Source of the DNA: Armatimonadota bacterium
GTDB lineage: Bacteria > Bacillota > Desulfotomaculia > Desulfotomaculales > Nap2-2B
Reading direction: 5' to 3'
NCBI GenBank assembly: GCA_023511535.1
Contig: JAIMBK010000003.1
Span: 25,471 to 89,470, forward strand
DNA: 64,000 nt
Within the stretch, counting starts at the first letter, position 1. The number at the start of each line of letters is the position of its first letter. Position numbers and translations under genes: made by a program. Positions 1 through 9,418 of this stretch are shown piece by piece. The notes under the pieces are model-generated. The model was not told the origin of the DNA and ran no database searches. It saw only the letters and a list, made by a program, of their open reading frames with translations.

Positions 1-885
1 GAGCAGTTCCGAATTAAGCTCGGGATGCTGCCGATTATCGATAACCTCCCCTTCTGGGTGGCCCAGGAAAAAGGGTATTTTCAAGCCGAAGGCCTGGACG
101 TGGAATTGATCCCTTTTCCCAGCGCGGTCGAGCGGGACAGCGCCTTTACGGCCCGGAAAATCGACGGGGCGGTGGGCGATCTGCTGGCCGTGGCGGCCTT
201 AAATGACGCCGGCGTGCCGCTGAAAGCGGTGAGCATCGCGATGGGAGCCAAACCCGGCGAGAGCAGGTTTGCCGTGCTGTCCGCGCCGGATTCGAATATT
301 CGCCGGCCGGAGCAGCTGAAAAACGTCGAGATCGCCATGTCTTTGAATTCCATCATCGAGTACACTACGGACCGGCTCCTCCAGCATCAAGGGCTGAAAC
401 CGGACGAGATTAAAAAGGTGTCTATTCCAAAAATGCCCGTTCGCCTGGAATCTCTGCTTCAGGGGAAGGTAAAAGCAGCCACCCTGCCCGATCCGCTGGC
501 CACCCTGGCGGCCATCAAAGGGGCCCACATCGTGGCGGATACCTTAAATGACAACGTTGCGCAGACCGTCGTCATTATTCAGCAGGAGATGCTGGATCAA
601 AACCTGCCGGCGGTGAAGAAATTAATGAAGGCGTACGGGCGGGCCGTGGCCGATATCCAGGCCGACCCCGCCGGCTTTAACAGGCTTCTGGCGGAACAGG
701 CGAAAGTACCGGAAGAGGTCCTGGCCAGCAAAGAGCACCGCCTGCCGGTGAACTTTTCGGCCCCGCAACTCCCGGCTAGAAAAGACGTGCAGGATGTGCT
801 GGACTGGATGAAGGAGCGCAACCTTTTGAAAAAGCCGTTGAAGTACGAGGATCTGGTGGATGAACGGGTAATCGGTAAGGATTAG
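1..885 (+). CDS. ABC transporter substrate-binding protein, NMT1/THI5-like (NitT/TauT family); 5' end outside window
   Basis: ORF 25..885 stays open in-frame back to nt 1. The translated sequence looks like nitrate/sulfonate/pyrimidine-type periplasmic binding proteins. The cognate ATPase and permease follow. Confidence 0.8.
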   Translation, partial: EQFRIKLGMLPIIDNLPFWVAQEKGYFQAEGLDVELIPFPSAVERDSAFTARKIDGAVGDLLAVAALNDAGVPLKAVSIAMGAKPGESRFAVLSAPDSNIRRPEQLKNVEIAMSLNSIIEYTTDRLLQHQGLKPDEIKKVSIPKMPVRLESLLQGKVKAATLPDPLATLAAIKGAHIVADTLNDNVAQTVVIIQQEMLDQNLPAVKKLMKAYGRAVADIQADPAGFNRLLAEQAKVPEEVLASKEHRLPVNFSAPQLPARKDVQDVLDWMKERNLLKKPLKYEDLVDERVIGKD

Positions 886-967
886 CGATTAACCCTCAGG
901 ACGCTTTTTCGGGGCGATGACAAAAATAAGCGAATGCTGTTTTCAGGACGGAGGTATAAAGGCATTG

Positions 968-1030
968 AGGCACAAAGAAAAGATGTGACATTTACTTTGT
1001 GCCTTTGTGCCTGAAAAACTTTGTGCCTGG
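968..1030. repeat. GGCACAAAG / CTTTGTGCC inverted-repeat element (copy K1)
   Basis: aGGCACAAAG, a 21-nt spacer, then CTTTGTGCCTTTGTGCC, aaaaa, CTTTGTGCCtgg. Same 9-mer family as copies at 28083, 40901, 50459 and 57898. Confidence 0.8.
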
Positions 1031-1057
1031 TATTTCGGGGTAGAGACAGGTGATCTT

Positions 1058-1855
1058 ATGCCTGGAGGGGGAGCTGCGGTACTGGTTGACCGCCTGTCCT
1101 TTTTTTACGCGCTCAACGGCAACCGGGTAGAAGCGTTGAAAGAAGTTTCTTTTTCCATCGAGGGAGGCGGAATTTATGCCCTCATCGGCCCTTCCGGCTG
1201 CGGCAAGTCCACCCTTTTATATATTTTGGCCGGATTGCTTCCCCCCCGCGGCGGCAGGGTCCTGATCAACGGCGAGCGGCCCCTCCCCGGCCGGCGGGCA
1301 ACTTCCCTGATTCTGCAGGAATATGGCCTGTTGCCCTGGAAAACGGTTTGGGATAACGTGGTTCTGGGGCTGGTGATCAGGCGCCTGCCGGCCGGTGAAA
1401 TCCGCCGGAAAGGGGAAAAAGTCTTAAAAGAAATGGGTCTGTGGGAACTGCGGCGGCGCTACCCCGCCGAACTGAGCGGCGGCCAGCGCCAGCGGGTGGC
1501 GATTGCCCGCTCCCTGGCCACTGAACCGGATTTGTTGCTTATGGACGAGCCGTTTTCCTCCCTCGACGCCCTGACCAGGGAGGCTTTGCAGGATGTTTTG
1601 CAAAATATTTTGCAGAGCGGGGGTTTAACTGTTCTGTTGGTGACCCATAACATTGAGGAGGCGGCCTTCCTGGGGCGCCGGGTAATTGTGCTTACCCCCC
1701 ATCCCGGCTCCGTCTACCAGATTTTCGAGAACCCGCGGGCCTGTTCACCAGGTTACCGGAAGAGCGCCGAATTCTTTCGTTTGTGCACGGAACTGCGCAA
1801 CGCCCTGGAGTTTGCACAGATCCGTGCACAAGATGCAAATGCAGGTTGTGGTTAA
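1058..1855 (+). CDS. ABC transporter ATP-binding protein (NitT/TauT family)
   Basis: Walker A GPSGCGKST, ABC signature LSGGQRQRVAIARSL, Walker B LLLMDEPFSSLD. Start moved from ORF-track 1007 to ATG 1058 because 1007-1057 lies inside the repeat element. Confidence 0.9.
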   Translation: MPGGGAAVLVDRLSFFYALNGNRVEALKEVSFSIEGGGIYALIGPSGCGKSTLLYILAGLLPPRGGRVLINGERPLPGRRATSLILQEYGLLPWKTVWDNVVLGLVIRRLPAGEIRRKGEKVLKEMGLWELRRRYPAELSGGQRQRVAIARSLATEPDLLLMDEPFSSLDALTREALQDVLQNILQSGGLTVLLVTHNIEEAAFLGRRVIVLTPHPGSVYQIFENPRACSPGYRKSAEFFRLCTELRNALEFAQIRAQDANAGCG

Positions 1856-1860
1856 GACCA

Positions 1861-2628
1861 ATGCAGCAAGCAAAAAAACCGGGGACAATCAAAAACCTGA
1901 TATATTATAAACTAACGCCCGTACTGACCCTGTTTGCGGTTTGGTACCTGTTGGCGACTGGTCTGAACAATCCGGCCCTGCCCCCACCCGGAAAGGCTTT
2001 ATTAACGTTTTTCGAGCAAATCCCCGCCGATCTCGGGAGACATTTCCTGATTAGTTCCTGGCGCGTGCTGGCGAGCATTTTCATTTCACTGTTCGCCGGC
2101 GTTCCGCTGGGCCTCTGGCTGGGGACGGAGGAAAGGTTCGACCGCTTTTTCGCTCCGCTGATTTACCTGACTTACCCTATTCCCAAGATCGTTTTTCTAC
2201 CGGTGGTTATGATTTTACTCGGGCTGGGCGACCCATCCAAAATATTCCTGATCACTCTGGTGGTTTTTTTTCAGATCCTGGTCACTACCCGGGATGCCGC
2301 CCGCAGTGTCAGCCAGGCGATGATCCTTTCGGTGGTTTCCCTGGGGGCGAAAAAGCTGGATATTTACCGGCACGTCATCTGGCCGGCGGTTCTCCCGGAC
2401 GTTTTTACCGCGCTGCGGATCGGCTCGGGAACGGCCATTGCGGTTTTGTTTTTTGCGGAGTCCTTCGCCAGCAGTGATGGTCTGGGCTACTACCTGATGG
2501 ACGCCTGGTCGCGTTATGCCTACCTGGAAATGTTTGCCGGAATTATTGCCATGAGCCTTCTGGGCTATTTACTTTACGTCTGCTTGGACGGGCTGGATCG
2601 AAAAGCCTGCCCCTGGAAGGGTTTGTAA
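1861..2628 (+). CDS. ABC transporter permease (NitT/TauT family)
   Basis: Multi-span hydrophobic protein. ATG 1861 lies 6 nt after the ATPase stop. The 1783 ORF start overlaps the ATPase gene and is unlikely. Confidence 0.85.
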   Translation: MQQAKKPGTIKNLIYYKLTPVLTLFAVWYLLATGLNNPALPPPGKALLTFFEQIPADLGRHFLISSWRVLASIFISLFAGVPLGLWLGTEERFDRFFAPLIYLTYPIPKIVFLPVVMILLGLGDPSKIFLITLVVFFQILVTTRDAARSVSQAMILSVVSLGAKKLDIYRHVIWPAVLPDVFTALRIGSGTAIAVLFFAESFASSDGLGYYLMDAWSRYAYLEMFAGIIAMSLLGYLLYVCLDGLDRKACPWKGL

Positions 2629-2705
2629 AAGAGGAGAAAAAACACAAGGAAAAGGCAAAAAGGTATAAGGGATAAAAATGAATAAAGGGAGAGAGATGGA
2701 CAAAT

Positions 2706-3341
2706 ATGCTTGGTGGACAACCGCGTAAAGTAGCGATTATCGGCGGCCCGGGCACGGGGAAAACCACCTTGATTAAACAACTGGACGTAGATTACAGCAT
2801 GGCCGGTTACATTACCGACGTGGCCCTGGAATTTGCCCGCAGCTACATCGTCAGGTACGGCGTTCCGACGTCCATTTTTGAACAGTTTTTGCTCTACGAG
2901 GGGCAAAAGCAGCGCGAGGAAGAATTGCGGCACTGCGACATCATTTTTTGCGACAACGCCACAATTTTAAACTATGTATACGGACTGATGTGCTGCGATT
3001 TTAAAAACCCCAAGGAAGTGTACGCGCTGATGAAATTGTACGAATGGGCCATGAAGGATTTGCCCGGCTATGATATTTTTTACGTCCCCCGGGAATTTGC
3101 CCTGGAGAAAGACGGGGTGCGCTACCAGGACGAAGAGTTCGCCGTGGTCGTAGACACGAAGATCAAAAATTTTTTAGATATCATGAATGTGCCGTATACT
3201 ATAGTCAAAGGGGACTTGCCCGCCAGGGTGAAGACAGTCAAGGAGAAGCTGGGTTTTGTGGAGAAGCGGAGGAAAATGATCTGTTTACTGGAAGGAGAAG
3301 AAGGTACACCGGCCGGGCAGGAGACCGGATCAGGTCAATAG
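2706..3341 (+). CDS. P-loop NTPase (AAA_28 / NadR-like kinase-type ATPase), function unknown
   Basis: N-terminal Walker A IIGGPGTGKTTL. About 210 aa, AT-richer codon usage than neighbours, purine-rich RBS region upstream. Confidence 0.6.
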   Translation: MLGGQPRKVAIIGGPGTGKTTLIKQLDVDYSMAGYITDVALEFARSYIVRYGVPTSIFEQFLLYEGQKQREEELRHCDIIFCDNATILNYVYGLMCCDFKNPKEVYALMKLYEWAMKDLPGYDIFYVPREFALEKDGVRYQDEEFAVVVDTKIKNFLDIMNVPYTIVKGDLPARVKTVKEKLGFVEKRRKMICLLEGEEGTPAGQETGSGQ

Positions 3342-3420
3342 GAACGGGATCATTTCCATCTTAACAATGAAGATAGAGTGCTGGATTAGTCTGGGCGGGT
3401 GACAGAAAAGGGGTTCTCAC

Positions 3421-3456
3421 TAATTCCCATCCCCAACCCCTAACCCCTAATCCCTG
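3421..3456 (+). repeat. Heptamer tract (YAAYYCC)n-TG, copy H1, 5' of rlmD-like gene
   Basis: TAATTCC CATCCCC AACCCC TAACCCC TAATCCC TG, ending 15 nt before ATG 3471. Confidence 0.85.
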
Positions 3457-3470
3457 ATCTGCCGGGGTGG

Positions 3471-4694
3471 ATGATGAATCAGCGTGAATTTGAACTGGAA
3501 ATAACCGAAATGGCCCACCGGGGAGAGGCGGTGGGCAGGCTGAACGGCAAAGTTGTTTTTGTACCCTTCGCCATACCCGGGGAAGTGGTCCTGGTCAGGC
3601 CGCGCCTGGAAAAGAAAGATTACCTCGAAGCGGAGATTGTGGAAATCCGCAAGCCCTCGCCGCACCGGATTGAAGGGGCCTGCGCCGGTTTTGGCCGCTG
3701 CGGGGGCTGCAACTGGCAGCATATCGAGTACGGCTACCAGCTGGAGCTGAAAAGGCAGGTGGTCGAAGACCAGTTGCGGCGCGTGGGCAAGATCGCCAAT
3801 CCCGTGGTAAAGCCGGTTCTTCCCGCCGTCCGGCAGTGGCATTACCGCAACCGCGGTGATTTTTCGGTAAACAAGGAAGGATACCTGGGCTTCCGGATGC
3901 GGGGGACGCATAAATTCGTTCCCGTGCAGGACTGCCGCCTGATGCATCCGCAGATCAACGAGCTGCTTTCCCGGCTCCAGGGAAAATGTACCCGGAGCGC
4001 CGCCCGGAAGACACACAACGTCTGCCTCCGGTACGGCGTGCACACCGGGGAATGGTTAATCCAGCCCTTCCTGGATTTGCCGGACGTCCCGACCGGCCAG
4101 CCCTTTTACCGGGAAAAGCTGCTCGATCACCTCTTTGTTATTTCCGCGGCTTCTTTCTTTCAGGTTAATACCCTGCAGGCCGAGAAATTAATTGCCGTTG
4201 TGGAAGAATTCGTCCGTCCCACCGGGGAGGAAGTGCTGGTGGATGCCTACGCCGGGGTGGGGACGTTTGCTAAAGCCCTGGCGGGAAAAGTCCGCCGGGT
4301 AATCGCGGTGGAGGAGGCGAAGTCGGCGGTAAAAGACGCCGCGGTAAACCTGGAGGGGTTTGCCAATGTCCGGTATTACAAGGCGAAAACGGAAGATTTC
4401 CTGGGACAAATGACCGAAAGGGTGGATGTGGTGATCCTGGACCCGCCCCGGGCCGGTTGTTTCCGTCCGGCGCTGGAAGCCCTGGTGCGGCTCGCCCCGG
4501 CGAAGGTGGTTTACGTCTCCTGCGATCCCGCCACCCTGGCCCGGGATCTTGCCTTCCTGGTCGAAAACGGCTATACCCTCGGCGAAGTCCAGCCCGTGGA
4601 CATGTTTCCCCAGACCTACCACATCGAGTGCGTAGTTTCCATCGAAAGAAAACACAGTATTAATGGCAAGGGTTTGAGGTACTTTGGGAGTTAA
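3471..4694 (+). CDS. 23S rRNA (uracil-5)-methyltransferase, RumA/RlmD family (TRAM + Fe-S + SAM-MTase)
   Basis: N-terminal TRAM-like segment, Cys cluster CAGFGRCGGCNWQH, SAM motif VDAYAGVGTF, and C-terminal VYVSCDPATLARD typical of the RumA family. Confidence 0.85.
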   Translation: MMNQREFELEITEMAHRGEAVGRLNGKVVFVPFAIPGEVVLVRPRLEKKDYLEAEIVEIRKPSPHRIEGACAGFGRCGGCNWQHIEYGYQLELKRQVVEDQLRRVGKIANPVVKPVLPAVRQWHYRNRGDFSVNKEGYLGFRMRGTHKFVPVQDCRLMHPQINELLSRLQGKCTRSAARKTHNVCLRYGVHTGEWLIQPFLDLPDVPTGQPFYREKLLDHLFVISAASFFQVNTLQAEKLIAVVEEFVRPTGEEVLVDAYAGVGTFAKALAGKVRRVIAVEEAKSAVKDAAVNLEGFANVRYYKAKTEDFLGQMTERVDVVILDPPRAGCFRPALEALVRLAPAKVVYVSCDPATLARDLAFLVENGYTLGEVQPVDMFPQTYHIECVVSIERKHSINGKGLRYFGS

Positions 4695-4765
4695 TAGTAT
4701 GTTTCCATGTGCCGACGGAGAAAACACCTCGTTTTTGCAATTGTTGGTTATGCCCGGCCTTAAAC

Positions 4766-5338
4766 TTACATTGCGCGAAAAACGTTAAAGGTCTGTTCTG
4801 GTAAAAAATCATATCTCTCAACCAGGACGTATCCGGCATTTTTCATGGTTTCTTGAATAAACGCCTCTTCAGCATAATGCCCTATCAAGGCAATTACATT
4901 TAGTGTCTTGCGCTTCTTATAATCAATGACAACAACCCTGCCTCCAGGCTTTAGAAAACATTTCAGGGTCTTAAAATAATGTTCTGGTTGATTTAAATGA
5001 TGAAAAACATTTCTCAAAAAAATTAGGTCACAGCCCTCTTTTGGCAAGTTTAATCCGTTTTTATCAATCAATACGGTTTCCACGTTTGTTATTTGATTCT
5101 TCTTAGCGTAATTCTTAACATAAGCCAAAAGCCGGGCATTGGTGTCGACAGCAAATACCCTGCCATTCAATCCCACTGTTTTAGCAAAACGTATTGTAAA
5201 ATAACCTCCACCAGAGCCAATATCTGCAACTACCGCCCCTTTTTGAAGTGAAAGAACTTCGATAATCTCATCCGCCTTGAATTTCGGATGGCTCGCCCTG
5301 CGATTCAACATTTCTGCCCTCTTAAATATAAATAGCAT
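4766..5338 (-). CDS. Class I SAM-dependent methyltransferase (small, stand-alone)
   Basis: Motif I VADIGSGGGYFT and a Methyltransf_11-like layout. Visibly AT-rich compared with flanking genes. Confidence 0.75.
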   Translation of the reverse strand: MLFIFKRAEMLNRRASHPKFKADEIIEVLSLQKGAVVADIGSGGGYFTIRFAKTVGLNGRVFAVDTNARLLAYVKNYAKKNQITNVETVLIDKNGLNLPKEGCDLIFLRNVFHHLNQPEHYFKTLKCFLKPGGRVVVIDYKKRKTLNVIALIGHYAEEAFIQETMKNAGYVLVERYDFLPEQTFNVFRAM

Positions 5339-5472
5339 CTCGTTATCTCCCCGGTTACGTATATTGGTTGTGAGCGGTTATCCAGACTCGGCTGGCCGGG
5401 TTGAAAAGGGTCTCCTTGAAAAGAACCTTAAAAAGCTCCAAAGGAGTCTAAGAACATGCGGCTCAAACCTTT

Positions 5473-7479
5473 TTACCCGCTACCGACAGGTTTCCCGCAG
5501 CACTTTTTATACTTTTTTCCACTGCCGCACGGGCAGGGATCATTCCGGCCGATCTTCGGAGGTTTGACGATCGGCTTTAGCGGCGGGTGATCGGCCCACT
5601 CTTCGTCATCATCTTCTTCTTCATCGAATAACGGGGCGGATTCTTCCCAGCCCTCCTCGTCCTCATCCGGGAGCCATTCCGGTTCGTCATCGGGGTCAGC
5701 GTCGAACAGGTCCGGAAAGCGGGTATGTAATTTATATAATTCTTGATCGAACTTACTGGTCCTTATCCTTTCCACCTCTTTTTTCAGTTCGGCCATTTCC
5801 GGAAAAGAAATCCCGTTGTTTTCCCCGAGCTCGACGAGAGCGACTTGCGCCGCTTCGACAACTTCTTCGTCTTCGTCGGCGAGAAGGCGCCGGATCTGGA
5901 AAATGGCCGCCGGATCGCCGTATTCCTGGAGATGCTCCAGGGCGGCCCGCCTGATTTCCGGATTGGCGTCTTCAAGCTGGCCCAAAAGAAAGGATAACGA
6001 CCTGGGATGACGGATTTTAGCCAGGGCGCCGCCGACCGAGATAATGTTTTGCCAGGAACCGGTGTTTGTCCAGGCTTGAATTTTCTTGAGGGCGGGTTCG
6101 ATTACTTTTTCCCCGCAGAAGGCCAGGGCATCCTGGATTGTGTGCAGCATCAGTTCCCCGTCTTCGTCTTCCGGATCAACATCCGGAATAACCTCCAGCA
6201 AAGCTTCTACGGCGCCGGGCGTGTTGATTTCCCCCAGGGCCTCGGCGGCCCAGAAACCGGCCTGGCTTCCCGGATATTTTTTCAGGACCGATTTTAACGG
6301 GTTAACTGCCGGATCACCGTAGCCGATGATTTTTTTGAGCAAGAAACGGGGTTTTACCGTGCTTGTAATGATCATTTGGGTAATCAGGGCGGCTAAATCG
6401 TCTGCTTTGCCGGCAGCGGCACCCGGGTTTCTTTTTTCGAAGATCCGGTTAAGTTCTTCCCAGGTGGCGGAGGTGCAGAAAACAGCCAGCTCAAGGTCCC
6501 GGCCGGTATACTTTTCCCTTGTTATTAGTTTTTTCTGGCTTAAGAAACTAAAGGTCGTGATGATTGCCCCGAGCCTGGTATCAATCAGTTTTTGCAGAAT
6601 TCTATCTTCGTCGTGGAAATCGCTCTCCTCCAAAATTCCGGCCGCTTCCAGAACGGCATAGCTGGTCAGGAGCAGGGCTTCCGCGAGGGATTCGTAAAAA
6701 CGCCGGAAGGATTTTTTCTGCAGGGCCTGCAGAGCTGATTTATAGATCTTTTTCAATTCGGGCGGCGCTTCGGCGATCTCTTCATTCACCAGGGAAGAGA
6801 AGAATTCCGTGGCGTCAGCGAGATCTATTTCCCCCTCCTGAAAAAATTCCGGCTTTCCCAGCAGGGAAGCCAGGCATCTGGTTAAGTCGTCCCGGTAAAA
6901 ATCATCGTCCAGGCGATAATATAATTCAATGATCTGCGGCATCGCCCGGTAGCATTGCAATTCGGCCAGCGCTTCGGCGCAGGCGACCTCCTCGTCTGGA
7001 TTTTCTGCTTCCGCCAGAAAGGAAAGCAGTTCTTTTTCCAGACCCTGCTCCGGAAACGCCCCCAGCGCCAGCAAAACCTCCTCCCGGCCGGGGAAGGCGG
7101 GATCGCGGGCGGCCGCGCGCAAGGCCGGAAAAGCTTCCCGGAATCCCAGGTCACCCAGAATGCCGGCCGCTTCCGGGCTCAGCAGATCGTGTTTTTGGTT
7201 CAGGATGGCGATCAGTTTGGGAACGCATCCTTCGTCTCTCAGCCACCGCAAAGAATCCATGGCGCCTAACGCGACCAGGGGATCGCTGTCCCGAAGGGCC
7301 GTTTCCAGGGGGGCCAGCGCCGGGCGGCCGAAATAGCGGAGCTGGAACGCGGCGTGGCGCCTTACCTTTACCTCCGGGCTGGTCAGGTCGCGGGCATAAT
7401 CCTGAACACCTTTCAATTTAACAACCCCTTGTACATTCAATTCCCCCATCCGTTCTGAACACCGGAAGGGAGTGTCCAA
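5473..7479 (-). CDS. HEAT-repeat protein with acidic linker and C-terminal SEC-C zinc motif
   Basis: Repeated HEAT/PBS-lyase-like helices, an acidic D/E run, and terminal [19 protein letters not shown] (SEC-C motif). Start is uncertain: TTG 7479 or ATG 7449. Confidence 0.7.
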   Translation of the reverse strand: MDTPFRCSERMGELNVQGVVKLKGVQDYARDLTSPEVKVRRHAAFQLRYFGRPALAPLETALRDSDPLVALGAMDSLRWLRDEGCVPKLIAILNQKHDLLSPEAAGILGDLGFREAFPALRAAARDPAFPGREEVLLALGAFPEQGLEKELLSFLAEAENPDEEVACAEALAELQCYRAMPQIIELYYRLDDDFYRDDLTRCLASLLGKPEFFQEGEIDLADATEFFSSLVNEEIAEAPPELKKIYKSALQALQKKSFRRFYESLAEALLLTSYAVLEAAGILEESDFHDEDRILQKLIDTRLGAIITTFSFLSQKKLITREKYTGRDLELAVFCTSATWEELNRIFEKRNPGAAAGKADDLAALITQMIITSTVKPRFLLKKIIGYGDPAVNPLKSVLKKYPGSQAGFWAAEALGEINTPGAVEALLEVIPDVDPEDEDGELMLHTIQDALAFCGEKVIEPALKKIQAWTNTGSWQNIISVGGALAKIRHPRSLSFLLGQLEDANPEIRRAALEHLQEYGDPAAIFQIRRLLADEDEEVVEAAQVALVELGENNGISFPEMAELKKEVERIRTSKFDQELYKLHTRFPDLFDADPDDEPEWLPDEDEEGWEESAPLFDEEEDDDEEWADHPPLKPIVKPPKIGRNDPCPCGSGKKYKKCCGKPVGSG

Positions 7480-7654
7480 CCTTAATTAGTTGTTGTCAAT
7501 TATACCATTTCAGGAGAGAAATAACTATCCTCCGGGTTATTTATTTTGATAAATTTTTTATATTGTCCTGCTTTGTTTAAAAAATTTTCCCGGGCAGGAA
7601 GTCTGCCGCTGGTTGTTGAACTATTTAATTAAGCAAAAGAAAGGAGAAGCAACT

Positions 7655-8953
7655 GTGTATTGGGACCGTGAGAATGAAACCATGCCCCGGGAGCAGCTGC
7701 AGGCGCTCCAGCTGGAACGGCTCCGGCTGACCATCGAGCGGGTTTACCGGAACGTCCCTTTTTATCGCGAAAGATTTACCAAAGCGGGTATTAAGCCTTC
7801 TTCCGTCCGTTCTTTAGAGGACTTGCGCCGCCTGCCGTTTACCACCAAGCAGGATCTGCGGGACAACTATCCTTTCGGCCTGTTCGCCGTCTCCATGAGC
7901 GATGTGGTGCGCGTCCACGCTTCCTCGGGCACCACGGGCAAACCCACCGTGGTGGGCTACACAAAAAATGATATCAACACGTGGGCGGAGCTCGCCGCCC
8001 GGTCGCTGGCCTGCGCCGGCGGCACCAAATTTGACGTGGTGCAAAATGCCTATGGGTACGGTTTGTTTACCGGCGGGCTGGGCCTGCATTACGGCGCCGA
8101 AAGGCTGGGTGCGGCGGTGGTGCCGGTTTCCGGGGGGAACACCCGGCGCCAGCTGATGCTTATGCAGGACTTCGGTACCACCATTCTCACCTGCACACCT
8201 TCCTACGCCCTCTATCTGGCGGAGGAAGGGCAGAAAATGGGCCTGGATTTTAAAAAAATGCCTTTAAAGGCCGGGATTTTCGGGGCCGAGCCCTGGTCGG
8301 AGCGGATGCGCCGGCAGCTGGAAGAAAAACTGGATCTGGTGGCGCTGGATATTTACGGGTTGTCCGAAATTATGGGTCCGGGCGTGGCCATGGAGTGTCC
8401 GGCTAAAGAGGGCATGCACATTTTCGAGGACCACTTTATCCCGGAAATTATCGATCCCGACACGGGAGAAGTGCTTCCTGCAGGAAGCGAAGGGGAACTG
8501 GTTATTACTACCATAACGAAAGAAGCTTTTCCCCTCATCCGCTACCGTACCCGGGACATTACCCGGTTCAACCCGGAGCCTTGCCCCTGCGGCCGCACGC
8601 ACCTGCGCATCCGGCGGATTACCGGCCGCACCGACGATATGCTGATCATCCGCGGCGTAAACGTGTTTCCCTCCCAGGTGGAAAGCGTCCTGCTGGAGTC
8701 CGGCGAAACCGAACCCCACTATCTTTTGGTGGTGGACCGCAAGGGCAATTTAGATCAGCTTGAAATCTGGGTGGAGGTGGGGGAAGAACTGTTCAGCGAT
8801 AAGGTCCGCCAGCTGGAGGACCTGGAACAGCGCCTGCGGGAGCGCATCGAAAGCGTGCTGGGGATTTCCGCCCGGGTGAGGCTGGTCGAGCCCAACACCA
8901 TCCCCCGCAGCGAGGGCAAGGCCAGGCGGGTAGTGGACCGGCGGGAAATATAA
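7655..8953 (+). CDS. paaK: Phenylacetate--CoA ligase family protein (aryl-acid CoA ligase)
   Basis: N-terminus [25 protein letters not shown] motif [10 protein letters not shown]-terminal [17 protein letters not shown] 7655 follows RBS AAAGGAGAA. Confidence 0.9.
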   Translation: MYWDRENETMPREQLQALQLERLRLTIERVYRNVPFYRERFTKAGIKPSSVRSLEDLRRLPFTTKQDLRDNYPFGLFAVSMSDVVRVHASSGTTGKPTVVGYTKNDINTWAELAARSLACAGGTKFDVVQNAYGYGLFTGGLGLHYGAERLGAAVVPVSGGNTRRQLMLMQDFGTTILTCTPSYALYLAEEGQKMGLDFKKMPLKAGIFGAEPWSERMRRQLEEKLDLVALDIYGLSEIMGPGVAMECPAKEGMHIFEDHFIPEIIDPDTGEVLPAGSEGELVITTITKEAFPLIRYRTRDITRFNPEPCPCGRTHLRIRRITGRTDDMLIIRGVNVFPSQVESVLLESGETEPHYLLVVDRKGNLDQLEIWVEVGEELFSDKVRQLEDLEQRLRERIESVLGISARVRLVEPNTIPRSEGKARRVVDRREI

Positions 8954-8979
8954 AAACTAAAAAACAGGGGGGTTGGGGA

Positions 8980-9411
8980 ATGAAAATAAAGCAGATTTCG
9001 CTCTTTCTGGAAAACAAATCGGGGCGCCTGGCCAGGGTAACCCGGGTCCTGGGCGGGCACAACATCAACATCCGCGCCCTGTCCATTGCCGATACCACCG
9101 ATTTCGGCATCTTAAGGCTCATCGTCAACGAACCGGACCTGGCCTACCGGGTCTTAAAAGAAGCCGGTTTTACCGTCAGCGCCACCGAAGTCATTGCCGT
9201 GGAGGTTGCCGACGAACCCGGGGGGCTGGCCCGGGTGCTGGCCGTTTTAGAAGAGGCCGGTTTAAACATTGAGTATTTATACGCCTTCGTGCAAAAAACT
9301 CCCCGGGCGGCCCTGGTGGTGTTCCGGGTGGAGCAACTGGACGAAGCCATCGCCGCCCTGCAGGCCAAAGGCGTCCGGATCTTGAAAGAGGAAGAAGTGT
9401 ACTCTTTATAA
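8980..9411 (+). CDS. ACT domain-containing (amino-acid-binding) protein
   Basis: Two ACT-like beta-alpha-beta-beta-alpha-beta units ([15 protein letters not shown]..., [13 protein letters not shown]...). Classic partner gene downstream of paaK. Confidence 0.8.
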   Translation: MKIKQISLFLENKSGRLARVTRVLGGHNINIRALSIADTTDFGILRLIVNEPDLAYRVLKEAGFTVSATEVIAVEVADEPGGLARVLAVLEEAGLNIEYLYAFVQKTPRAALVVFRVEQLDEAIAALQAKGVRILKEEEVYSL

Positions 9412-9418
9412 GCAGGAT

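Noticed and set aside
1007-1057. Upstream extensions of ORFs at 1007, 38986 and 41112
   Set aside because: The extensions run through the GGCACAAAG repeat elements or lack an RBS. Internal starts with good SDs give canonical N-termini for the ABC ATPase, EtfB (MKIIVLMKQ) and thiolase (MREVVIVSGART).
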